Below are positions 8,442 through 15,656 of a DNA stretch of 24,830 bases, one piece after another; position 1 is the stretch's first letter, and each line of letters opens with the position of its first letter. Origin of the DNA: Nitrosarchaeum sp. (lineage in GTDB: Archaea > Thermoproteota > Nitrososphaeria > Nitrososphaerales > Nitrosopumilaceae). The stretch is taken from the NCBI GenBank assembly GCA_018334095.1, contig JAGXTE010000001.1, positions 30,001 to 54,830 of the forward strand. Direction: 5' to 3'. Under the pieces are notes generated by a model. The model searched no databases and had not been told where the DNA came from. It saw only the letters and a list, made by a program, of their open reading frames with translations. The translations under genes and the position numbers were made by a program.

Positions 8442-9773
8442 TTGCAAATAGAACATTTGCTTTTAACACTTGTACTTTCCCTAGCGGTAGCTCGAATATT
8501 AGGTGAATTATTCCGCCGGATGAAACAACCCTCCCTTGTTGGAGAATTGTTGGCAGGAGTGATTTTAGGACCATCGCTTTTGGCAATTCTTTCACCTGAT
8601 GATTCCATGACAATTCTTGCAAATGTTGCAGTGTTTTTCTTGATATTCATGGCGGGTCTAGAATTGAATCTCAGCGAGATTCGAAAATCAACTAAACCCG
8701 CATTTTTACTTGCCATTGTAGGATTTACCATCCCATTTGTATCTGGATATTATACCAGTCTGTTTTTTGGTCTAGGACAAATACAATCACTTTTTGTGGG
8801 TTTGCTATTATCAATTACAGCAATTCCAGTGAGCTCGATGATACTTATGGAATTTGGAATCTTGAAGAGCAAAATTGGAACAACTGTGATTACTGCAGCA
8901 CTAATCAATGACATCATGGCAATGATCGTATTTTCATTAATTCTGATTTACCCAACAGGCACACAGACTTCATTTGATTATTATGAAGTTGGATTAATGG
9001 GTGCAAAAATTACTATCTTTTTTGCAGTACTTGCAGCCGTAGTTTTTGTCATGAAAAAGACCAACATTACTTCTCAGAGAGTTGAGCCATTAGTTGAAAA
9101 ACTAAAAACAAAAGAAGCAAGCGTGGGAATTCTTTTATCACTTGGAATTTCGATTGCCTTGTTTGCACATTACTTTAATCTTCATTTTATTATTGGTGCA
9201 TTTTTTGCCGGATTAATTTTCGGCAGTAAGTTTTGGGGAGAAAAGATACACAATCATAATTCTAAATTAATCTCTGGAATTACGTTTGGCTTTTTTGCGC
9301 CTCTTTTCTTTGTTTTCATAGGTTTAGAGTTTGATCTTATGTCACTGACAAATTCCGCACCACTCTTTCTGGCGTTATTTTTTGTGGCAGTAGCATCAAA
9401 AATTGTAGGTGGATTTCTTGCAGCAAGAATTACAAGATTTTCAAATCATGAAAGCGTAGCCATAGGTTGTCTTATGAATGGACGGGGGATGGTAGAGATG
9501 GCTATTGCGTCAATTGGATACTCATTAGGATTAATTGATACGACATTGTTTTCAGTTGTAATCGCAATAGGCTTTCTTACCACAATAATTACTCCTGTAA
9601 TTGCTAAACCGTTTATCTACAAAACAATATCTAAACGAGTACAGGATTCAGAAATAAAACAAATGTCGGAATCAAAGAGAAATTTCTTATCTCACCACAT
9701 AACTTATCGTAAATTTCATGATCTTATAGATAAAACATATTTTGAAAAATTTTTAGGTCATAAAACAAACTGA
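8442..9773 (+). CDS. cation:proton antiporter (CPA2 / Na+/H+ exchanger family)
   Basis: 443-aa polytopic membrane protein. The N-terminus LAVARILGELFRRMKQPSLVGELLAGVILGPS is characteristic of Kef/NapA-type exchangers. The start is TTG. Confidence 0.85.
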   Translation: MQIEHLLLTLVLSLAVARILGELFRRMKQPSLVGELLAGVILGPSLLAILSPDDSMTILANVAVFFLIFMAGLELNLSEIRKSTKPAFLLAIVGFTIPFVSGYYTSLFFGLGQIQSLFVGLLLSITAIPVSSMILMEFGILKSKIGTTVITAALINDIMAMIVFSLILIYPTGTQTSFDYYEVGLMGAKITIFFAVLAAVVFVMKKTNITSQRVEPLVEKLKTKEASVGILLSLGISIALFAHYFNLHFIIGAFFAGLIFGSKFWGEKIHNHNSKLISGITFGFFAPLFFVFIGLEFDLMSLTNSAPLFLALFFVAVASKIVGGFLAARITRFSNHESVAIGCLMNGRGMVEMAIASIGYSLGLIDTTLFSVVIAIGFLTTIITPVIAKPFIYKTISKRVQDSEIKQMSESKRNFLSHHITYRKFHDLIDKTYFEKFLGHKTN

Positions 9774-9848
9774 ACTTGAAATTTTATTTTCTTTTTTTAA
9801 ATGAAATGATCTTAGCAAAAAGATGTACGTCATGATATTTCTAAATTT

Positions 9849-10334
9849 TTAATCAGAATCCAACGGTTGAGTATAATCGTCTTCAGCATTTGCACCTTCA
9901 GATTTTTTTCCATTTCTTCGTGAAATTTTTTGAAAATGAGGAATACGTGGAGTAAGTGCACATACCACAATTCCAATAATTGCAAGAAAGTAATATTCAA
10001 ATCCAATAGCCATACCAATGGAGGCTGCAAACCATATGCTTGCAGCTGTTGTGAGATTGTAGATGTCTCTTCCTCCTTTTATTATCATGCCTGCCCCCAA
10101 AAATCCTATTCCACCAACAACATATGCTGCAATTCTTGTTGTGGATGCAGGATCAACCTGTGAGGACAAAAATGTGAATACCATTGAACCGCATATGACA
10201 AGAGTGTGAGTGCTTATCCCAGCTGGTTTGCCACGACTTTCTCTTTCAATGCCTATTATTATACCTGCAAGCAATGAAAAACCAAAACCAATTAAAATTC
10301 GAATCTCCGTTTCGGTGATAAAATCTTGAATCAA
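9849..10334 (-). CDS. MgtC/SapB family membrane protein
   Basis: LLAGIIIGIERESRGKPAGISTHTLVICGSMVFTFLS matches the MgtC family signature region. The start is TTG. Confidence 0.8.
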   Translation of the reverse strand: MIQDFITETEIRILIGFGFSLLAGIIIGIERESRGKPAGISTHTLVICGSMVFTFLSSQVDPASTTRIAAYVVGGIGFLGAGMIIKGGRDIYNLTTAASIWFAASIGMAIGFEYYFLAIIGIVVCALTPRIPHFQKISRRNGKKSEGANAEDDYTQPLDSD

Positions 10335-10629
10335 CTATTTCCGATTCGGATTGATTGAGCATAAAAAATTTACGGAATTTAAATTGTTACAGTGGATATT
10401 AAAAAAGTTTTAGATGTTGACATTAGTTTGCTATGGCATTTCCATTAAACAATTTTTTAATTTACATAAAGTATGTTCAAGATTAACTGAAAATACGAGA
10501 TAATTAAAGTTGATCTTGTGTATATTATAAAATATTACAGCAATCACGATATGCATCGATTAGAAACTATTTTTGATTCTGACTTTTCATAAATCCTTAA
10601 TTTCTATTAGATGTCATAAATAAATTTGA

Positions 10630-11040
10630 ATGAAAAAGATAAAGAATTTATGCAAAATAATGAATTTAAAATCATCTATGAAAGAAATAACTCCAAATGA
10701 CATACTAAAAGATCATACTCCAAATGTCAAAAACCTGGTAAAACAATTGCGTAAATTCATTTTAAATACGATCCCAGAAGTTTATGAAAAGGCATTACCC
10801 GGATGGCATGCAATTGGATTTAGACATCCAGAGGGAGGACATTTTTGTGCAATATTCCCATTCAAAGATTCGGTAAAACTTTATTTTGAATATGGAGTAC
10901 ATCTAAAAGATCCTCATAGAGTATTAGAAGGAAATACAAAACAAGTGCGTTACATTACATTTAAAAAAATTACAGATATTCAAGAGATAATTCTAAAAAG
11001 CCTTGTTCAACAATCAATACTCCATCTTAGTAGAAAATAA
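10630..11040 (+). CDS. DUF1801 (YdhG-like) domain protein
   Basis: Matches the pattern ..LVKQLRKFILNTIPEVYEKALPGWHAIGFRHPEGGHFCAIFPFKDSVKLYFEYG... The start may be an internal Met (MKEITPND). Confidence 0.55.
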   Translation: MKKIKNLCKIMNLKSSMKEITPNDILKDHTPNVKNLVKQLRKFILNTIPEVYEKALPGWHAIGFRHPEGGHFCAIFPFKDSVKLYFEYGVHLKDPHRVLEGNTKQVRYITFKKITDIQEIILKSLVQQSILHLSRK

Positions 11041-11068
11041 CACATCTTCAACACTCCAATTCATATCC

Positions 11069-11119
11069 ATCATTGTGTACCGTCTATTTTCTTGCCTAAA
11101 GGAGGGGCTTTGCCTTTTT
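11069..11119. repeat. degenerate copy of the casposon right TIR (footprint of an earlier insertion)
   Basis: atcattgtgtaccgtctattttcttgcctaaaggaggggctttgccttttt aligns with the right TIR atcatctagttacctgtctaaatccacacctaaaaagggggcattctattttt at roughly two-thirds identity. Shared blocks are atcat, acc-gtcta, cctaaa, ggggc and ttttt. It abuts the left TSD copy in the same way the real right TIR abuts the right copy. Confidence 0.6.
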
Positions 11120-11132
11120 ATTCTCTATCGAT
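11118..11132. repeat. target-site duplication, left copy (ttattctctatcgat)
   Basis: Exact 15-bp match to 22831-22845. Identity extends to 18 bp (11115-11132 = 22828-22845) because both are preceded by ttt, so the TSD/TIR boundary is ambiguous and the TSD is 13-15 bp. Confidence 0.85.
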
Positions 11133-11185
11133 AAAAATAGAATGCCCCTCTTTTGGGCGTGATTTTAGACATGTAACTAGATGAT
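11133..11185. repeat. casposon left terminal inverted repeat
   Basis: The reverse complement of aaaaatagaatgcccctcttttgggcgtgattttagacatgtaactagatgat matches 22780-22832 at 46/53 positions. Confidence 0.85.
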
Positions 11186-11244
11186 ATGAAAAAGTATGAT
11201 TTGTTGGAAATATCTTAAGTAACCTTGAATATTATCTCAAATAA

Positions 11245-11814
11245 TTGTTATCTGAAATTTATTTTAAAGAATTTCTGAAAAACCCATTTTTTTGGTGGAG
11301 TGCTTTCATAGGAATTATAACAACTTGGATTTCATTTGAACCATTTTTTAGAATTGTTGAAGCAATTTTGTTAGAACAACTGTATGTTCCAATCTTGTAT
11401 GGATGTGTAGGATTATCTCTCTATCTAATGATTTATCCAATAAAGAGCAGATTGAGAAACCTGAAACTTCAGAAAGAAACTAAAAAAGAATTTCTTGTTT
11501 ATACATTTATGATAGTAGCAATAATTACAAATACCGTATACTTTTCATCAGATCCAGCTTTTATGTTAACAAAGGCACAGAGTCAAATTGTATCTGATAA
11601 AGTAATTTTAGAAGAAGTGGGGGACCTAAAATTATGGGCAGAATATCTTGTGTTGCCTTTTCTTTATGCAATCATGTTAGCACAGAGTAGAAAACTCTTG
11701 TATGGAAATGAAGAAATGAAATTTGACAATATCGAAAGTAGCTGGAAAATATCTATTATCATTACAATACTTGTAGGCGGTGCATATCTTTTGTTTAAAT
11801 TAGTGTCTGGATGA
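11245..11814 (+). CDS. polytopic membrane protein (hypothetical), immediately upstream of cas1
   Basis: 189 aa with a TTG start and four to five hydrophobic helices. Its stop at 11812-11814 lies 1 nt before the Cas1 TTG start, so co-transcription is likely. Confidence 0.5.
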   Translation: MLSEIYFKEFLKNPFFWWSAFIGIITTWISFEPFFRIVEAILLEQLYVPILYGCVGLSLYLMIYPIKSRLRNLKLQKETKKEFLVYTFMIVAIITNTVYFSSDPAFMLTKAQSQIVSDKVILEEVGDLKLWAEYLVLPFLYAIMLAQSRKLLYGNEEMKFDNIESSWKISIIITILVGGAYLLFKLVSG

Positions 11815-11815
11815 T

Positions 11816-12886
11816 TTGACGCTTAAAGGCCATTCAAACCATTACAACATAAAATTCCTCAAAGGATACGGTCATTCCATATCTGTTAAAGATTCAAAGA
11901 TAATCCTCAAAGATTGTCATGATCCTTTCACTCCTCCAAACATTGAATCATGGTACATCAAAAGTATGCCATATGAAAAAATTGTTTTGCAAGGAAAAGG
12001 ATACATCTCGACTGATGCTTTAGCCTTACTTTCTGAGAATAATCGAAATGTCATTTTATTAGATAATCATGGAAAACCTGTAACCTATCTAAATCCGGTA
12101 ATGGAGTCTCTAACTGCAACTAGAAACAGAATTGCTCAATACGATACATTTCGTAATCCGGAGAAATGCCAATTTTTACAGAGACAAATTGTAAAGTCAA
12201 AACTAGAATCTCAAATTAAATTCCTCAAACTAACTGAGCGAGAGGAAATAAAAGAAGCCATAGAAAAACTAGAAACTCATTTGACTAATCTAGATCATTT
12301 CACTTCAATTAGTAACGAATCAAAGACATCTCATATCTACTTTAGAGCATTTGCAAAAATAATTCCAGAGAGATATGAGTTTCATTCTAGAAACCCATCG
12401 TATGTAGGATTGGCAAAAAACAAAGCTACTGATATTATCAATGCATTACTAAACTATGGTTATGCAGTACTAGGTGGAGAAATTTCCAAGTTTATCAACG
12501 GATTTGGGCTTGATGCATACTATGGATTTTATCATAAATCTCACACTGGTTTTCAGCCTCTAGTTTATGACATGATGGAACCATTTAGGTGGCTAGTCGA
12601 TTATACCGTATTTCGAATTGCAAACATCAAAGACCACAAGCAGAGAATTAGGCTTGATGAATTTACTCATACTAGAGACGGAATTATAGTAATGGAGTAT
12701 AATTTGATCAGGAAATTTCTAGAGTTACTTGAAAGAACATTCCAGTCTGAAAGAAGATATGGGTTTAGACATGGTGCAAAAACAAAAGATGGGTTGAAAA
12801 ATGTTCAAGAGATTACGATTGCAAAGATTACAGTTCAAAATTTAGTAGAGTATTGTTTAGGAAAACAAAAAGACTTTAGAATCTAA
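11816..12886 (+). CDS. cas1: Cas1-family integrase (casposase)
   Basis: Cas1 signature blocks are NESKTSHIYF (E168), INALLNYGYAVL, DAYYGFYH (H240) and LVYDMMEPFRWLVD (D252/E255). The N-terminal beta-rich region (YNIKFLKGYGHSISVKDSKIILKD) is typical of Cas1. The start is TTG. Confidence 0.9.
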   Translation: MTLKGHSNHYNIKFLKGYGHSISVKDSKIILKDCHDPFTPPNIESWYIKSMPYEKIVLQGKGYISTDALALLSENNRNVILLDNHGKPVTYLNPVMESLTATRNRIAQYDTFRNPEKCQFLQRQIVKSKLESQIKFLKLTEREEIKEAIEKLETHLTNLDHFTSISNESKTSHIYFRAFAKIIPERYEFHSRNPSYVGLAKNKATDIINALLNYGYAVLGGEISKFINGFGLDAYYGFYHKSHTGFQPLVYDMMEPFRWLVDYTVFRIANIKDHKQRIRLDEFTHTRDGIIVMEYNLIRKFLELLERTFQSERRYGFRHGAKTKDGLKNVQEITIAKITVQNLVEYCLGKQKDFRI

Positions 12887-13212
12887 GGATTTACTTCTAT
12901 CTCTTGTTGTTCCCAGTATTTCATTAAATCCCAATTGGCATCTTTAATGTTGTCCTGATATTTTGATCTTTCTTTCCAATCTTCTACTGTTGAAGCACAT
13001 TTATTTTTTAGAAATGTTTCAATAATCTCTTTACCTTCTTCAGTTGTCATTGAATCACTATAGGTTTTATCGCCCCATTTATCGTATTGTTTAGCACAAT
13101 CAAAAGTTAGAGTACTTACAATTTCATTACTATTGTTGGAGACAAATTGAATAGACAATACTGCAATCACAGAGCAAACAACTGCTATTGCTATAATCAC
13201 AACAGGTTTCAT
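12883..13212 (-). CDS. small signal-anchored/secreted protein (hypothetical)
   Basis: 109 aa with an N-terminal hydrophobic helix (MKPVVIIAIAVVCSVIAVLSI). It makes a 4-nt convergent overlap with the cas1 stop. Confidence 0.45.
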   Translation of the reverse strand: MKPVVIIAIAVVCSVIAVLSIQFVSNNSNEIVSTLTFDCAKQYDKWGDKTYSDSMTTEEGKEIIETFLKNKCASTVEDWKERSKYQDNIKDANWDLMKYWEQQEIEVNP

Positions 13213-13245
13213 TATTTTTTCAAGGTATCTTGTTCAAATAAGGAT

Positions 13246-13581
13246 TTAGTAATGTGACCTTCTTGTGTCATTAGAATCATGTGTCCAGTGATTGTGATTT
13301 CTGCCACAGTTTGTACACATGCAACAGTTACAATGTTCTTTTGCCATGTTTTTTAATCCATCCCATAGTTTTTTTTGTAAAATCATTGCCATTCCAATTA
13401 CAATTAGACCAATAACAACTGGAAGGGTTTGAGAATTTGGATATTTTAAATCATATAATGAAATGATAAACCCAATCGCTACTAATATTATTCCAACAAA
13501 CTGGATTTTTGTCTTTAATTTTATCTTTTTTTTGTATTGATTATTTTTATTATGGCTTCTTTTTCTACGCCCAAAACCCAT
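13246..13581 (-). CDS. small membrane protein with Cys/His-rich C-terminal tail (hypothetical)
   Basis: 111 aa with a basic N-terminus, two TM helices, and the tail HCNCCMCTNCGRNHNHWTH. Confidence 0.45.
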   Translation of the reverse strand: MGFGRRKRSHNKNNQYKKKIKLKTKIQFVGIILVAIGFIISLYDLKYPNSQTLPVVIGLIVIGMAMILQKKLWDGLKNMAKEHCNCCMCTNCGRNHNHWTHDSNDTRRSHY

Positions 13582-13618
13582 GATTTTGTAAATATTTTAT
13601 GAACTTAAAATTTTTTGT

Positions 13619-13933
13619 TTGAGAAATCTATTTGATATAGTAACTCATAGTAAATTCATGCCTACTTTCAGTGATTTTGATGCAAATAAAAGACATGAAG
13701 AATCTTTACAAAATGACAAAATTTTGAAAGATGGTCTAGCCGAACTACTTTCAAAAATACAAGATTTAACAGATAAATTAGATAAATATGAGACTCGAAA
13801 TTCTGAATATCTTAGAAAATTACTTTTGATGGTTTCGGAGTTATTTCAGCAAGGCAAAATCAATATCGATACATTTAATCGATTAGATGAATTTCTTCAT
13901 GACTGGCTTGATGAAAGTCTAGATTCTAAATAG
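13619..13933 (+). CDS. hypothetical helical protein
   Basis: 104-aa ORF with a TTG start (alternative Met at MPTFSDFD). No family recognised. Confidence 0.4.
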   Translation: MRNLFDIVTHSKFMPTFSDFDANKRHEESLQNDKILKDGLAELLSKIQDLTDKLDKYETRNSEYLRKLLLMVSELFQQGKINIDTFNRLDEFLHDWLDESLDSK

Positions 13934-14059
13934 AATATTAGTTGGTAATTAATAAAAATAATTATTTTAAAAATGTGATTATTTATTGGAATGAATATTT
14001 TGAATCTTATGATGTTTTAAATAATTAAAAATATAAAATAAAATTTTGAAAAAAATGAA

Positions 14060-14797
14060 TTAGTGTTTTTGTTTATATTTTTTTATTGGTTTTATAAAAT
14101 CATCAACAAACATTTCTAACATTTTTGGATCAAGTCGAAAGGATTCAGCAAATAATCGTGCAAACACCAACCCTCCAAGTAAATCAAACGAGGATGACCC
14201 TTTATCACTTAGTGAATCTAAAACTTGTTTCTTATATTTAGTAATTTGTTTAGTCATAGTAGTAAGTTTACGCTTACCGGAAACCCTACTGACCATCATC
14301 GACTGCATTTCATATATTGAAATCCAATGCAAAAACTTCATTACTTCTTCTACTTTTGTTGAATCATCTGCATCAGAAGATATTGTTTTCAAAATTCCTG
14401 TGGTGCCTATTTTGATATTTTCCATTGTTTCTATAAACTCCTCAACTTGTTCATCAGACATAGTTGTAATTTTTGAATTTATAGTGTAAATTGTGTTGTT
14501 TCTTGCAATGACGTGTTTTATCACGATTTTATTTTGGACTAATTCATCTAATATTTCTCGAAAAATTCGTTCAGAACAAACCTTTTTGTCAATCACGATT
14601 ATTCTTTCTAATTCTCCATATCGAATGCTGTCGGTATTTTTTAACACCGTATTGATTTCATCTCGTGCCTGATTTCGTATTGTACCGTATTGCATATACT
14701 GTACCGTATAATTTCTACCGTTATAACTATTGCAATAACGTAAAGTTGGCATGAAATGTGGGAAGATTGGTAGAACATCTACCAAAAAACAAACCAA
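14060..14797 (-). CDS. putative winged-helix transcription regulator
   Basis: The wHTH-like segment is INTVLKNTDSIRYGELERIIVIDKKVCSERIFREILDELVQNKIVIKHVIARNNTIYTI. The real start is probably ATG 14695 (MQYGTIRNQ...), because the longer ORF would overlap the divergent gene at 14751. Confidence 0.55.
   Translation of the reverse strand: MVCFLVDVLPIFPHFMPTLRYCNSYNGRNYTVQYMQYGTIRNQARDEINTVLKNTDSIRYGELERIIVIDKKVCSERIFREILDELVQNKIVIKHVIARNNTIYTINSKITTMSDEQVEEFIETMENIKIGTTGILKTISSDADDSTKVEEVMKFLHWISIYEMQSMMVSRVSGKRKLTTMTKQITKYKKQVLDSLSDKGSSSFDLLGGLVFARLFAESFRLDPKMLEMFVDDFIKPIKKYKQKH
14646..14725. promoter_or_regulatory. cluster of accgtat direct repeats at a divergent promoter (operator-like)
   Basis: accgtatt at 14646 and 14684, accgtata at 14703, accgttata at 14717. 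A perfect 10-mer tgtaccgtat occurs at 14681-14690 and 14700-14709, 19 bp apart. The two copies fall in different reading frames of the minus-strand ORF, so this is a DNA-level repeat. Confidence 0.45.
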
Positions 14798-14996
14798 ACT
14801 CAGTCATTCAGATGCAGTTTCAACTGATTTTGGAGTAAGGAAGATCAGCAATCAAAATTTTTCCAAAGTGATTGCACTTCCAAAAACTGCAATAGAAAAT
14901 CTTGGTGGAGATTCAACTGAAATGAAAGTTGAACTAATACAAGAAAATGGAGAAAAATTCATCAAACTTTCTCCAATTAGAGGTGATAATTTTTGA
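14751..14996 (+). CDS. AbrB/SpoVT (MazE-like) DNA-binding domain protein
   Basis: VRKISNQNFSKVIALPKTAIENLGGDSTEMKVELIQENGEKFIKLSPI resembles the SpoVT-AbrB looped-hinge-helix domain. Confidence 0.55.
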   Translation: MKCGKIGRTSTKKQTKLSHSDAVSTDFGVRKISNQNFSKVIALPKTAIENLGGDSTEMKVELIQENGEKFIKLSPIRGDNF

Positions 14997-15328
14997 GTAC
15001 AACGCAAATACCATACATTTGCTGGGGAGAATACAAATCCAAAGACCAAAACAACCCAGATAGATTAGATATCGAAGTAACTAGTTTAGAGCAGTTTGAA
15101 AGTGAACTAACAACAAATGTTCATGTCAAACAAAAGATTCAAGGAGAATGTCAAGAAAGAATTCTACCGTTAAAGTCTCATGAATCGCCAAACAATTCAT
15201 TGTTAAAACAATGGAATGATCTAGTCAAAAGAAAACGAATCATAGTCGGAAGCAAACTGGTGATTCACACATATCTTGGAATTTCAAAGCATGGTAGAAC
15301 AATTCGAAAATTCCATGTAGAGGTTTAA
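14993..15328 (+). CDS. hypothetical protein
   Basis: 111-aa ORF with a TTG start. It overlaps the previous stop by 4 nt, which suggests operon-style coupling. Confidence 0.45.
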   Translation: MSTTQIPYICWGEYKSKDQNNPDRLDIEVTSLEQFESELTTNVHVKQKIQGECQERILPLKSHESPNNSLLKQWNDLVKRKRIIVGSKLVIHTYLGISKHGRTIRKFHVEV

Positions 15329-15347
15329 TCCTCTTTTTTCTTTTGAT

Positions 15348-15656
15348 ATGAGCGATAAAGATAAACTTCTAGAACAACTTGATGCCTTAAAATTATTTCC
15401 AAACAATAAACATGTAAAGGAACTACGAAAACAAATCAAATCAAAATTAGATAAATTGAAAAATAAAAAACCTAAAGAAAAAATACAAAAACAAACCAGA
15501 GCAGGCAAGTTAAGAAGATACCACAACTATATTAGACAAATTAGAAACAACTTTCCCAATCTATCATACAACCAGATTAGAAGTCAACTATCTCAAAGAA
15601 GACAAGGAAAACAGGTATCAATTCCTGATGTGATATGGCAGAATCCATCCCCGTAA
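15348..15656 (+). CDS. small highly basic protein (hypothetical; terminal-protein or DNA-binding candidate)
   Basis: 102 aa, K/R-rich, overlapping the pPolB start by 22 nt. Confidence 0.5.
   Translation: MSDKDKLLEQLDALKLFPNNKHVKELRKQIKSKLDKLKNKKPKEKIQKQTRAGKLRRYHNYIRQIRNNFPNLSYNQIRSQLSQRRQGKQVSIPDVIWQNPSP

Noticed and set aside
8419-8731. Minus-strand ORFs 8419-8622 and 8438-8731
   Set aside because: They are antisense to the N-terminus of the CPA2 antiporter, whose membrane-protein frame is clearly the real one.
9830-10163. ORFs 9830-10030 (-) and 9930-10163 (+)
   Set aside because: They overlap the MgtC-family gene, and the MgtC frame carries the family signature.
10553-10625. Possible decayed left TIR plus TSD remnant (..atgcatcgat tagaaactatttttgattctgac..ctattagatgtcat) that would make 10563-11119 a miniature casposon relic carrying only the DUF1801 gene
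   Set aside because: Only atcgat, tagaa and ttagatg line up with the intact left TIR, and only with several indels. There is no convincing similarity to the reverse complement of the relic right TIR (11069-11119). In AT-rich sequence this is within chance.
11041-11244. A tRNA gene as integration target, as is usual for tyrosine-integrase elements and some casposon families
   Set aside because: No GC-rich cloverleaf-capable segment lies at either element boundary. The target is clearly the EF-2 3' end.
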